Shown piece by piece: positions 1-13,187 of a DNA stretch of 64,000 nt. A model generated the notes under the pieces. It ran no database searches and was not told where the DNA came from. It saw nothing but the letters and a program-made list of their open reading frames with translations. How positions within the stretch are numbered: the stretch's first letter is position 1; the number at the start of each line of letters is the position of its first letter. Source of the DNA: Octopus vulgaris (lineage: Eukaryota); assembly GCA_951406725.2 (NCBI GenBank), contig OX597839.1, positions 22,134,001-22,198,000 of the forward strand, given 5' to 3'. Made by a program: the position numbers and the translations under genes.

Positions 1-121
1 CGTTCGATGCCTCCTAGGGCTATACAACGGTGGTGTACCCCCTACTGTCACGTTCTTGTTAGATTGACAGTATACAACCATTCTATCGCCCCACCACCGT
101 ACAGGTCTCCACGAGAGATTT
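1..121. mobile_element. Partial second copy of the 12567-12913 element (runs off the window start)
   Basis: Nearly identical to about 12793-12913. Confidence 0.8.
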
Positions 122-641
122 AGAAATTCAATATTTCTTATATAAAAATAAGCTTACTTGGAAATAAATTGGACACCAGACTGGTTCCTTGGAATTCTTA
201 GATTACTTATTTAGCATGGAAAAGTCCACATCATCATCATCATCGTTATCATTTGACGTCTACCTTCCATGCCAGCATGGGTTGGACGGTTTGACTGGAG
301 CTGACCAGGCAGAAGCCTGCACCATACTTCTGTGTCTGTTTTGGCATGGGTTTTATGGCTGGATGCCCTTCCTGACACCAACCACTCTGTAGAGTGGACT
401 GAGTGCTTTTTACATGGCACCAGCACAGGTGAGGTGGTCAGTTTTGGTTTGGTTTTTTTTACAATTGGATACCCTTCCAAATGCCAACCACTTCACAGTG
501 TGCACTGGATGCATTCTATGTGGCACCAACACCAGCACCGGCAAGGTCACCAAGTAATTTTTGCAAGACAAGGAATTTTGGGGCATTAGGGAAGGTGATC
601 TTGTGTCGGATGATGAAAGGTTAGACTGGGGACAGAGAGAT

Positions 642-677
<36 letters not shown>

Positions 678-1311
678 ATAAAGAAGTGCCAAGCTCTACT
701 TGTGGAAGGGGTTAACTCAGGAAGAGGCAGGATGAGGTGTTGAGAAAGAATCTTCAGACAGTGGGGCCTCACTGAGGAAAAGCCAAGGGACCAGGGGTTG
801 TGGTGATTTGCTGTACTTGATAAGATGCGTCAAGCTAAGTAAAATCGCTGTCTTCCACACATACAGGCTTGTCTTTTACAGGTGCCTCTTAAAAAGCATC
901 TGTGCTGGCGCTGCATAAGCACCCAGCACATTCTGTAAAGTGGTTGGCATTAGGAAGGGCATCCAGCCATAGAAACGATACCACAAGAGACAATTGAAGT
1001 CTGGACAGCTTCTTGATTGGCCAGCCTCTATCAAACCCTCCAATCCAAGCTAGCATGCAAGATGGACATTAAATGATGATGATGATGATGGTATATATAT
1101 ATCCCTCTCTCTCTCTTTCGGAGAGGCACTGAGCAGCTATACGCACACATACACACACGGCAGTAACTTCCACCTACCGAATTCAATCACAAAGCTCCGG
1201 TCAGCTCGGGGCTATAGTGGAAGACACCTACCCAAAGTGCCACGCAGTGGGACTGAACCCGAAACCATGTAGCTAGGAAGCAAGCTCCCTAACCACACAG
1301 CCATGCCTGCG

Positions 1312-1360
<49 letters not shown>

Positions 1361-1670
1361 AAGCTCTCCGCTGGTTACAACGATGAGGATCCCAGCTGAT
1401 ACGATCAACGGAACAGCTTGCTCGTGAAATTAACGTGCAAGTGACTGAGCGATCCACAGACACATGTACTCCTAACGTAGTTCTCAGGGAGATTCAGCAT
1501 GACACAGAGTGTGACAAGGCTGGCTCTTTGAATAACAGGTACAACTCATTTTTTTTGCCACTGAGTGGAACTGGAGCAACATGAAATAAAGTGTCTTGCA
1601 TTGCCATTGCCGGGAATTGAACTCACAACCTTACAATCGTGAGTTGAATACCACTAAGCCATGCGCCTTC

Positions 1671-1755
<85 letters not shown>

Positions 1756-2744
1756 ACATATATATACATACATACATATATATATGTACGTACACACACA
1801 TACTAAAAATGCTATATTTTGGCAGGATATCTGTTATAATATCTCCTAATATGATAACTCCTCATATGATATCTCCTGATATGGTAGTAGGACAGCTGCC
1901 CGAATGTTTCAACAAGCATTTCCAAAAGCTGGCATAATCTGCCACGATTGGATCTCATATCTCATTTAATTATTAACGATGAAACACTGAGAAAATAATA
2001 TTTATAATTAGCAAGCCAGAAATGGAAGTCCTCGACTGAGAAATATCCCTGGGTGGTGTACGTAAATCGTTAGATGTGCCTCAGGAGATCACTTGAAATA
2101 TATCTAAGTAGGAAATTAATATATGGGATAAAAAAGAGAACACTGACAGTAAAAAGGCAATACATACATATTTATACATATTTATCATATGTATGTATGT
2201 ATATATATATATATATATATATATACATACATATATTTGTGCATCATGTGAGCAGACATTAGCACCATTCTTCCACCTATTTTCTACCTTATTTACTTAA
2301 TCCGTAACTCAATCTACGAAAACTCTAGAGTATCTAATATTACGGTGAAATGACTATTCACTGTTACTTGTACGTAAACCTTAAACACTCTGTTTTAGGG
2401 GGCCTAGCAGCTCCCTATTTCCCTGCAAAAGATGATGTCTGCTCAGGTTGCAATGTTGTGAGATGCTCCACCGCCTCTCTGTACAAATTGTGAACCAGCA
2501 TAACTTATGTATGTCATGCACGATTGGTTTCCATTTTAAGTAAATTACATCTGTGCATCCATACATACCCTCCCCCCCACACACATATAAAACACATACA
2601 TACGTACAAGTATATGTTCATGTGTGTGTGTGTGTGTGTGTACTGTTTTCTATATGTATAAGTTTAGCAAATGAAAGTGCCCAATTCAAACGAGAATTTA
2701 GAATGGTTTATTTATGGAACATTAACCCTTTAGCGTTCAGAGCC

Positions 2745-2945
2745 TCGTCTGGCACCTGTATCGGCGGCACATAAAAAGCACCCACTACACTCACGGAGTG
2801 GTTGGCGTTAGGAAGGGCATCCAGCTGTAGAAACACTGCCAGATCTGACTGGGCCTGGTGCAGCCTTCGGGCTCCCCAGAGCCCAGTTGAACCGTCCAAC
2901 CCATGCTAGCATGGAAAGCGGACGTTAAACGACGATGATGATGAT
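2745..2945 (+). mobile_element. SINE-like family D with (GAT)n tail
   Basis: gagtggttggcgttaggaagggcatccagc...aacccatgctagcatggaaagcggacgttaaacgacgatgatg. Other copies at about 228-560, 900-1090, 3220-3500, 13990-14300 and 26100-26280. Confidence 0.7.
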
Positions 2946-3145
2946 TACTCTGTCAAACATGAGATATTTAGAAATTTAATATTTCTTAATATATATATAT
3001 ATCTATATATTAAGCACATGTATTAAATGTTAATTTAAGGGTAAATATGTAACTGTAAATACCTTGCAACTGCTATATTATATATTTATAGATAAATTCC
3101 TCTATTTTACATAATATTGAGGTCTCATTCATTCTTTTGTTGTCA

Positions 3146-3200
<55 letters not shown>

Positions 3201-3648
3201 ACATATATATATATATATATCATCATCATCATCGTTTAACGTCCGTTCTACATGCTAGCATGGGTTGGACTGTTCGACCGGGATCTGAGAAGCCAGAAGG
3301 CTGCACCAGGCTCCGGTCTTATCTGGCAATGTTTCTACAGCTGGATGCCCTTCCTAACACCAACCACTCCGTGAGTGTAGTGGGTGCTTTTTACGTGCCT
3401 GAAGAGGCTGGCAACGGCCATGATCGGATTGGTGCTTTTTACGTGCCACCAGCTTGGAAGCCAGTCAAGGCGGCGCTGGCATCGGCCACGTTCGGATGTA
3501 AGAAATTTGAAAAGCTGAATGTGAAACCGGTCATTTCTTCTAAACTATGTCATTGTAAGAAAAAAATTTATAATATTCTTCAGATATATTGACGCAAATA
3601 TATATATTTTTTAACCTTTAAGCCTTCTGTAGATTTTTTACTTTTTAC

Positions 3649-3690
<42 letters not shown>

Positions 3691-3702
3691 TATACATATA
3701 CC

Positions 3703-3740
<38 letters not shown>

Positions 3741-3804
3741 TAGATATACGCAAATATATATATTTTTTAACCTTTAAGCCTTCTGTAGATTTTACTTTAC
3801 TATT

Positions 3805-3844
<40 letters not shown>

Positions 3845-3854
3845 TACATATACC

Positions 3855-3892
<38 letters not shown>

Positions 3893-5017
3893 TAATAAGG
3901 GTGGCTTGTCTGCAATTTTACAACTGAAAGGCAGAAATATTTACGTCCCTAAAGTGACCAAGGGCACTAGTAAGCACCAGTATTGCTAGAAATAAGAGTT
4001 AAATCAACTCATAGTCATGGAAAGCACTTAACAGATACATATATATCTATCTATTTATCTGTCTGTTTGTCTGTATATATATATGTGCAGGTTTGTATGT
4101 TTTGCTGTATGTGTGTATTCTCATGCATATTGTTGCACGTCTAGACATGCATGTATGTATGAATGTGTGTATATATGTATATCTTAACCTTATTTCCTCC
4201 ACACCCCTCTTGGAGCATCAAGCAATTAAGGATCTCCCCCCTGCATAGCCATAAACACTGCCATGAGCTTTCTCCCAGTTCAGGCCCCTTATATGCGAGA
4301 TCCCTGTCAAGAAGGTCTTGACAGGTCTGTCCCGCCTACCACGCCCTCTCCTATGGCTTCCTCTCACAAGGGGTCCACATTGGTCTCTTCATGGACACAC
4401 ACACTGTATCAAGTGGGGTTGTATGATTTAAAGGATCAAATATCTTATATATTTGTTGACCTTTTCCTTGACCTTTTCGGATTATTTCTTTGTTTACTTT
4501 TGTTGGTATCTTTTCATTTACCAAAGTGAATAAACAGAGGAAGAGGCACTCTTTGAGACGAATTCCTGAGGAATTTGCAGCCAAACCCCTCTCCCTTAAT
4601 TTATCGTAGTTGACTTCCAGAATCTTTCATCATACACCAATAATAAAGATACACCAATTAAAAAGACACCACCACCACCACCACCGCCGCCGCCACCACC
4701 ACCACTACCACTACTACTACTACTACTACTACTGATAATGATGATGATGATAATAATAATAATAATAATGATAATAATAATCCTTTCTACTGGAAGCAGC
4801 ACAAAGCCTCAAATTTGGAGGAAGGGATTAAGTTGATTACATCGATCCCCCAATCTTCAAATGGTACTTATTTCACAACCCCGAAAGGATGAAAGGCAAA
4901 ATTGACTTTGATGGTATTTGAACTCCGAACCTGAAGATGAATGGAATGCTGCTTAGCATTTTACCAGGTGTGCTAATGATTCTGTGAGCTCACTGTCTTA
5001 ATGATAATAATAATAAC

Positions 5018-5056
<39 letters not shown>

Positions 5057-5057
<1 letters not shown>

Positions 5058-5612
5058 CCCTGATGCAGTACCAGGCAGTGGCTCTCATGGCTCCTGATCT
5101 TAACTGATTGGAAGTGTTATCATGTACATTGTTTTGTCTTGGTATAAAAGATGGGCTACAGCAAATATTCTGCCCAATACCGCAGGTTTGCTTTGTCAGT
5201 TATTTGACCTTAACCTGTTGAGAATGTCCCTTAGAGGCTGATGATATGTCCATCTCTGATCATGAGCAGAAGTAGTGGGGGAGCATCATAGCCATGTGCT
5301 GAGAGGAATTCTTTGGGGTTTGAATAATTCACCTCTGGAAACATGGGTGGTTCTTTCAACATCCTTAAACAACTCTTATTCAGGGACCTTTTGAGTGGGA
5401 TGGGCTACTCAACCTGAAGAAAATTCTAACTGGGCCCCACCCGCAAGGTCGTGTGCTGTTTATCTTGATATGAGATCACCATGTCGCGCACATATGGTTG
5501 TGATGCATGTGCCTGGTGTACCTTTATCAGACGGGTAGTCATGATGGGTATATTGGGTTTCGTATATTTTACCCCAGTGTCACTTTGATGGCATGAACTG
5601 CTCTCTCACTCA
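5057..5612. mobile_element. Unclassified ~555-bp insertion within a (TAA)n tract
   Basis: Higher-GC block with sharp boundaries against (TAA)n on both sides; no recognisable ORF. Confidence 0.4.
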
Positions 5613-5635
5613 ATAATAATAATAATAATAATAAT

Positions 5636-6040
5636 AGTCAGAGATCATGAAGAAAAAAAATGCTTTCTAATTGATGTATCAATACCAGTAGATGACAACG
5701 TTTCTCTAAAAGAAATGGAGAAACTTTCAAAATACAAAGACCTGGAAATAGAGGTAACTAGAATGTGGAACCTAAAAACAGAAACAATTCCTATCATAAT
5801 AGGTGCATTAGGCAAGATAAAAAAATATTCAGACAAATACATAACAAAAACACCAGGACTTACACACACATATAACATACAGAAAATTGCACTACTAGGC
5901 ACTACACACATCCTACGCAGAACACTTTCCATACAATAACCATAAGAGCATCACAACAAATCACAGCACATACCCAAGGCACACAGAGCTGCGCTCGGTA
6001 GTGAAGTGAAAGCACGCTATAAAAATAAAACTACTGAATA
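5636..6040 (+). mobile_element. 5'-truncated Dong/R4-like non-LTR retrotransposon (restriction-like endonuclease C-terminus plus 3' UTR)
   Basis: Frame reads VRDHEEKKCFLIDVSIPVDDNVSLKEMEKLSKYKDL...IPIIIGALG (D..P, K..KY..L motif), stop at 5939. (TAA)n on both sides, the known Dong target. Confidence 0.8.
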
Positions 6041-6076
6041 ATAATAACAATAATAATAATAATAATAATTAGAATG

Positions 6077-6132
<56 letters not shown>

Positions 6133-7364
6133 CCTTCATACTATAGGCTCAAGGGCAATAGTATGGATTTCAGGGTTTGTCAATTACATTGACCCCAGTA
6201 TTCCACTGGTACTTACTTTATCACCATGAAAGGATGAAAGGCAAAGTCCACCTCGCCAGAATTTAAACTCAGAATGAAATACTGCTAAGCGTTTTGCCCA
6301 GCATTGCACTGATTCTGGCAGCTTGCTGCTTTTAGTTTCAAATTCTGGGACAAGGTCAGCAATTTCAGGGGATGGAGATAACATTGACCATCAGGGCTCA
6401 CCTGAAAGGATGACAGGCAAAGATGAACTCGGTGAAATTTGAACTCAAAACACAAAATCAACACAACTGCCACAAAGCATTTTCTCCTGTAAAACAATGA
6501 TTTCTGTCAGCTCTCCATCTTACGAATGCTACTACTACTTACAAATTTTGGCACAAGGGCTGCAATGTTAGGGGAAAGGGGCCAGTCAGGACCTAATTTT
6601 ACCCTCAGCTCTTCCAACATAATCCCCAGGCATGATGTGTGAAATATTGGTAAAATCTTGGTTTTTGTTCAGAGGAAAGAGCTGTGTCTAGAGTGACTGC
6701 AGGACCTCCAAAAGGGACCACATTGAGTTGGGGGTTAGTGTGGTTCTTTCTGAACAGCCAGGAGATGACTGGTGCAGAGAAAAGGAAGGAATAGGAGGGA
6801 ATTCAAGGAAGGCAGAAGAAGGACTGGGAGAAAGGATTAGTGCAGGGCAGGGGTGCTCAGTATGGTTGATATATGGAGGAGATATGTCCTGAACCCGGAA
6901 CTATGTGGTAGGTAAGTAAGCTAATTACCACACAGCCACACACTTTATATATTATATGTGTGTGCGCGTGCGTGTGTGTTTGTCCCCCCACCATCACTTG
7001 ACAACCGATGTTGGTGTGTTTACATCCCCATAACTTAGTGGTTCAGCTAAAGAAACCGATAGAATAAGTAGACATTAAGAAACAAAGCAAAAGCACTTCA
7101 AAGACTTCTGAATTCTTGGTGGAACCAATTCTGGTAAGGAAGACACAATTGCAGTTCTTACATTTGATAATATTTTAAAAATGGATGTAGTCACAAAGCA
7201 ATTGGGTGCCGATGGTAAAGAATGGCACAGTTAAGAGAGATCTGGAAGCGCCATGTGATCAGCGGTGTATAACAGCATCTGATGTTCTGGTCGATAATGT
7301 GATGCTGTAATATAATACTTTCAACAACATGACAATTTCTATTACAGTATAAAGGAGCACTTGA

Positions 7365-7700
7365 TTGGTTACGACGATGAGGGGTCCCATCTGGGATGAG
7401 GGTCCCAGCTGATACAACCAACAGAACAGCTTGCTTGTGAAATGAACGTGCAAGTGGCTGAGTGCTCCACAGACACATGTACCCTTAACGTAGTCCTCAG
7501 GAAGATTCAGCGTGACACAGAATGTGACAAGGCTGACCCCTTTCGAAATACAAGTACTACTCATTTTTGCCAGCTGAGTGGACTGGAGCAGCGTGAAATA
7601 AAGTGTCTTGCCCAAGGACACAGTGCATTGCCGGGAATTGAACTCATGACCTTTCGATCATGAGTGGAATGTCTTAACCGCTAAGCCATGTACCTTCACT
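7365..7700 (-). mobile_element. SINE family C
   Basis: cagctgatacaaccaacagaacagcttgct...gtgtcttgcccaaggacac. Other copies at about 1355-1670 (-), 51115-51430 (+) and 57990-58090 (+). Confidence 0.7.
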
Positions 7701-8574
7701 ACTATAGTATATTCACTCAACAACATCATAGTCACCAGCACCACAGTACCATACATTCAACAACACCAACATCAACACTATAGTACAACACATTTCACAA
7801 TAACATAATCACCAACTAAGAGTCTCCAATTAAGCACTTGATCTGCATGAAATAGCAACCAAATCTTCATCAAATAACATCCAATTATCTTAAAGATGTG
7901 AAGGACACTGAAAAATGCTGATGTAAATCTAAAAAAAAAAGGAAAAAGATGGCATGATCATAGCTGAAACACATTTGATCATATGTCTGCTCAGTGAGGC
8001 CTGACCTGGGGTTAAGCGACTGCACTACACACACGTTCAGCAAAATATATGTTAATTCCCCACCAAAAAAGCATGAAAAATAACAACATAAAAAAGAAAA
8101 ACATACAACAACCCTAATTACACGACTGAAACAGGCAAATTGATAATAAAAATAAGAGAGAAGCACATCTAGAATGACTGCAACACCCAACAGAGATAAA
8201 TCTCACCTTCAACTAAATAACAAAATAATAATAGAAAACTGGCCAACTTTTATATCCAACATAAACCAGAAAATCCTGAATAAAACTGGCCCAGCAAATA
8301 ATCAACAACTTCTAGAAAGGTCACAGCATATAACTTGCTGCTTTCGTATAACTTTAAATAGCAATTATATTCTCCAGTCGAGAAACACAAGATAAACATC
8401 TTTCACCTAAGTTGACTTTGCGTCCTTTATTTCGAGAAGAGCAAATTACCCGAAAACCCCTGCCACTGACAAAATCACAAATACTCACCTATGTCAGGGG
8501 GTGAACAGTTTTCCTTTTTATAAAGGTCCACTTTGGTTGTGTTTACATTAACCCCTAGCCTCTCATGTATATTT

Positions 8575-8968
8575 CTCTTTTTCTCTTTTTACTTGTTTCA
8601 GTCATTTGACTGCGGCCATGCTGGAGCACCACCTTTTAGTCGAGCAAATCGACCCCGGGACTTATTCTTTGTAAGCCCAGTACTTATTCTATCGGTCTCT
8701 TTTTGCCGAACTGCTAAGTGACAGGGACGTAAACACACCAGCATCGGTTGTCAAGCAATGCTAGGGGGACATACACAAACACACACATATATATATACAT
8801 ATATACGATGGCTTCTTTCAGTTTCCGTCTACCAAACCCACTCACAAGGCATTGGTCGGCCCGGGGCTATAGCAGAAGACACTTGCCCAAGATGCCACGC
8901 AGTGGGACTGAACCCGGAACCATGTGGTTGGTTAGCAAGCTACCTACCACACAACCACTCCTGCGCCT
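8575..8968 (-). mobile_element. tRNA-derived SINE family A (Octopus OR-type), full length
   Basis: Head ggcgcaggagtgg..gtgtggta (A box) and ggttcagtccc (B box), internal (TA/TG)n, (GAGTAAAA)n-like tail; more than 12 copies in the window. Confidence 0.85.
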
Positions 8969-9083
8969 ATATTATATTGTGTCTTACCGAGAGGAAATAC
9001 CGTATTTCCAGCATACAAGTTAGGATAGAATATATGAGGGGAGGGGGTGAAAGTTTCTTGGCTTTGAGTAAAAGAAAATACAG

Positions 9084-9254
9084 GATGCAGGAGTGGCTGT
9101 GTGTTAAGTAGCTTGCTTACCAACCACATGGTCCCGGGTTCAGTCCCACCGCGTGGCACCTTGGGCAAGAGTCTTCTGCTATAGCCTCGGGCCGACCAAT
9201 GCCTTGTGAGTGGATTTGGTAGACGGAAACTGAAAGAAGCCTGTCGTATATATG

Positions 9255-9285
<31 letters not shown>

Positions 9286-9505
9286 GTGTATGTTTGTGTG
9301 TCTGTGTTTGTCCCCCTAGCATTGCTTGACAACTGATGCTGGTGTGTTTATGTCCCCGTCACTTAGCGGTTCAGCAAAGAGACCGATAGAATAAGTACTG
9401 GGCTTACAAAGAATAAGTCCTGGGGTCGATTTGCTCGACTAAAGGCGGTGCTCCAGCATGCCCGCAGTCAAATGACTGAAACAAGTAAAAGAGTAAAAAA
9501 GAGAG
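9084..9505 (+). mobile_element. SINE family A, full length
   Basis: Same consensus; head-to-head with 8575-8968. Confidence 0.85.
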
Positions 9506-9711
9506 AGATGAGGACCAGTTAATTATGATTTTATTCAACATATTCCCCTCCTCTCAGATTCACACATTTATCGTAGTGGTCCTTCAGCTTTTCTAGGCCC
9601 TGAAAAAGAACTCAGAAGGTTGGGACTCTAACCAGGCCTTTCACAGGACCCTTAAAACCGGGAACTTTTCAGCATCTCCTCATATATGCTGGTTGTGGTG
9701 ATGGTGGAGAT

Positions 9712-10010
9712 GTTAGTTAGTTAATTTGGCTCAAAAGCAAATAGCAAGGCCACGTAGGGGGACATGGAGTTAAGTACAGGGAGGGTGTTCATGTAAAGAG
9801 TTCAGGCCACTTGAGGTCAAGGGAGGCTTTGAACAAAGCGGTCGTCGGCATCTTCACCATCTCGTCTGGCAGCTTGTTCCATGGATCCGCAACCCGGACG
9901 GAAAAAGCTCCTCTCCTTCGATTGAGATGAAATCGTCGCAGGTAGAGCTTTTCGGAATGACCCCGCAGCTGACGCTCTGGAGCAGGAGTGAAGAACAGCT
10001 CTTTCGAGAG
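9712..10010 (-). mobile_element. CR1/L2-group LINE 3' fragment
   Basis: Minus frame reads RFHLNRRRGAFSVRVADPWNKLPDEMVKMPTTALFKASLD (FS.RV...WN.LP motif), followed by a short (TAAC)n tail. Confidence 0.7.
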
Positions 10011-10450
10011 GTTGTGGTAGTGGTGTTGTTGGTGTTGATAGTAGTGGTGGAGATGGCAGTAGTGGTGGCTGGTGACTTATATGCCAAGGGTTGTACATGC
10101 AATCAAGCAAAGGGAAATGATTGAAGTGTAGGAAAATATGTGTATGCATATGTATGTGTGTGCTTGTATGTGTGTGTTTATGTGTATGTGGGTGTATGTG
10201 TAGGCATCTTTAATCTTTCATCTTCTATTCTTTTACTTGTTTCATTCATTTGAGTTCAGCCATACTGGAGCACTGCCTTGAGAGGTTTTCAGTCAAACAA
10301 GGCAAGCCCAGGACTTATTTTTTAAAGCCTGGTACTTATTCTATCGGTCACTTTTGCTGAACCACTAAGTTATGGAGATGTAAACACACCAACATATGTT
10401 GAAAGATGATGGTGGAGGGGACAAACACACACAGAAAAGCACACACACAC

Positions 10451-10495
<45 letters not shown>

Positions 10496-10746
10496 CACAC
10501 ACACACAATATATAAAGTGTGTGGCTGGGTGGTAAGTAGCTTACTTACCTACCACATAGTTCTGGGTTCAGTCCCACTGCATGGCACCATAAGTGTCTTC
10601 TACAATAGCCTTGTGCTGACCAAAGCATTGTGAGTGGATTTGGTAGGTGGAAACTGAAAGAAGCCCATCATATATATGTATATATTTGTGTCTGTGTCTG
10701 TGTTTGTCCCCCCACCTGACAGCCGATGTTGGTATGTTTACATACC

Positions 10747-11003
10747 TATTTCTATTTCTTTACTACCCACAAGGGGCTAAACACAGAGAGGACAAACAAG
10801 GACAGACAAACGGATTAAGTCGATTATATCGACCCCAGTGCGTAATTGGTACTTATTTAATCGACCCCGAAAGGATGAAAGGCAAAGTCGACCTTGGCGG
10901 AATTTGAACTCAGAACGTAAGGACAGACGAAATACTGCTAAGCATTTCGCCCGGCGTGCTAACGTTTCTGCCAACTCGCCGCCTTTCTGCCAACTCGCCG
11001 CCT
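10747..11003 (-). mobile_element. SINE family B nested in a family A SINE
   Basis: TSD tatgtttacatacc at 10733-10746 and 11022-11035. Confidence 0.8.
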
Positions 11004-11192
11004 TTTTACATACCCGCCGCCTATGTTTACATACCCGTAACTTAGCAGTTCAGCAAAACAGACCAGTAGAATAAGTACTGGGCTTACAAAGAATAAGTCT
11101 TGGGGTTGATTTGTTTGACTAAAGGTGGTGCTCCAGCATGGCCGCAACAAATGACTGAAACAAAAGAATAAAAGAATATATATATATATATA

Positions 11193-11595
11193 CTCTTTTT
11201 ACTCTTTTACTCTTTTACTTGTTTCAGTCATTTGACTGCGGCCATGCTGGAGCACCGCCTTTTTAAACCCCGGGACTTATTCTTTTGTAAGCCCAGTACT
11301 TATTCTATCGGTCTCTTTTGCCGAACCGCTAAGTGACGGGGACATAAACACACCAGCATCGGTTGTCAAGCAATGCTAGGGGGACAAACACAGACACACA
11401 GACACACACACACACACATATATATATATACATATATACGACGGGCTTCTTTCAGTTTCCGTCTACCAAATCCACTCACAAGGCTTTGGTCGGCCCGAGG
11501 CTATAGTAGAAGACACTTGCCCAAGGTGCCATGCAGTGGGACTGAACCCGGAACCATGTGGTTGGTAAACAAGCTACTTACCACACAGCCACTCA
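11193..11595 (-). mobile_element. SINE family A
   Basis: Same consensus. Confidence 0.85.
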
Positions 11596-11822
11596 TATAT
11601 ATAGTAAAACTATTTGCCAACATAATGTGGCAGTCCTAGATGGGACAAATGTCACATTATCTTGGCAAATAGTCTTTACTTTAACTTTAAAGTACTGTTA
11701 TTGAATATCCCACTTTGAGAGATTTAGAAATAATTATGTTTCAGACCTCAGTCAAATCGTCCAACCCATGCTAGCATGGAAAGCAGACGTTAAATGATGA
11801 TGATGTATATATATATGTACAT

Positions 11823-12235
11823 AGGCGCAGGAGTGGCTGTGTGGTAAGTAGCTTGCTAACCAGCCACATGGTTCCGGGTTCAGTCCCACTGCGTGGCAAC
11901 TTGGGCAAGTGTCTTCTGCTATAGCCCCGGGTCGACCAATGCCTTGTGAGTGGATTTGGTAGATGGAAACTGAAAGAAGCCTATGGTATATATGTATATA
12001 TATATATATATGCGTGTGTGTGTTTGTGTGTCTGTGTTTGTCCCCCTAGCATTGCTTGACAACTGATGCTGGTGTGTTTATGTCCCCATCACTTAGCGGT
12101 TCGGCAAAAAAGACCGATAGATTAAGTGTTGGGCTTACAAAGAATAAGTCCCGGGGTTGATTTGCTCAACTAAAGGCGGTGCTCCAGCATGGCCGCAGTC
12201 AAATGTCTGAAACAAGTAAAAGAGAGTAAAGAGTA
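11823..12235 (+). mobile_element. SINE family A, full length
   Basis: Same consensus. Confidence 0.85.
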
Positions 12236-12566
12236 TATATATATATATACATATATATATAGATCATCATACACAAAAGCCTGGCACAGGCTCCTTCCTG
12301 GCCAGCTTCTGTCAAACCGTCCAACCCATGCCGCCATGGAAGGTGGATGTTAAACGATGATGATGATATGATGGAATTCTTCTTACCAAATCTACTCACA
12401 AGGCTTTGGTTGGACCAAGACTCAAGTGGAACACATTTGCCCAAGGTGTCATGTAGTGGGATTGAACCTGGAACCATGTGGTTGGGAAGCAAGCTTCTTA
12501 CCCCACAACCACGCCTGTGCCTACATAAGAATTTTTATGTATGTATCAATATATATATATATATAT

Positions 12567-12913
12567 ATAGAATGGTTGTATACTGTCAATCTAACAAGAA
12601 CGTTACAGTAGGGGGTACACCACCGCTGTATAGCCCTAGGAAGCATCGAATGCCTCCTGATGGCTTTGACACATTTTATGTGTCCTTATATACATATACG
12701 AAGGGGAGACAAACACCCCCGGCTGCCGAAGCTGCATCTAGGGACACATGTTTCAGGATCGTTGTCCTTCATCGGCCTAAGCCATCAGGAGGCGTTCGAT
12801 GCTTCCTAGGGCTATACAGCGGTGGTGTACCCCCTACTGTCACGTTCTTGTTAGATTGACAGTATACAACCATTCTATCGCCCCACCACCGTACATGTCT
12901 CTACGAGAGATTT
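12567..12913. mobile_element. Non-autonomous Penelope-like element with inverted terminal-repeat arrangement
   Basis: Near-perfect 100-bp inverted arms at 12567-12666 and 12779-12878, hammerhead motif in the spacer, ~35-bp extension on one side, (TA)n flank. Confidence 0.6.
12739..12779 (-). ncRNA. Minimal hammerhead ribozyme motif (U4C core variant)
   Basis: Minus strand reads TAGG-CCGATGA-AGGA caacga TCCT-GAAAC-atgt-GTC-CCTA, with an ACATGT palindrome in stem III. Confidence 0.7.
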
Positions 12914-13151
12914 ATCTATGTGCATACATTTGATCTTTCATGGGGCTTCAAATGGTTGACCTACCTGGCCATGGAAAGGAGTACATGGCCACAACCAGGC
13001 AGATTTGCAGCAGCGGGATTGAATAGTCATCTGTGAGGTCATATGTGGAGGGTCAGAAACGTCATTGATAACTTGGAAGCTGAGAGATGGCAATCGTTTC
13101 TAAGATGGAGTAGTCTTCACGTATGTGCATCTATGTAATGGACGTATGTAA

Positions 13152-13187
<36 letters not shown>

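Noticed and set aside
8748-9332. Recurrent ORFs such as ASFSFRLPNPLTRHWSARGYSRRHLPK suggesting a multigene family
   Set aside because: These are translations of SINE family A copies.
11823-11900. tRNA gene
   Set aside because: A and B boxes are present but continue into the SINE body; this is a SINE head, not a full cloverleaf gene.
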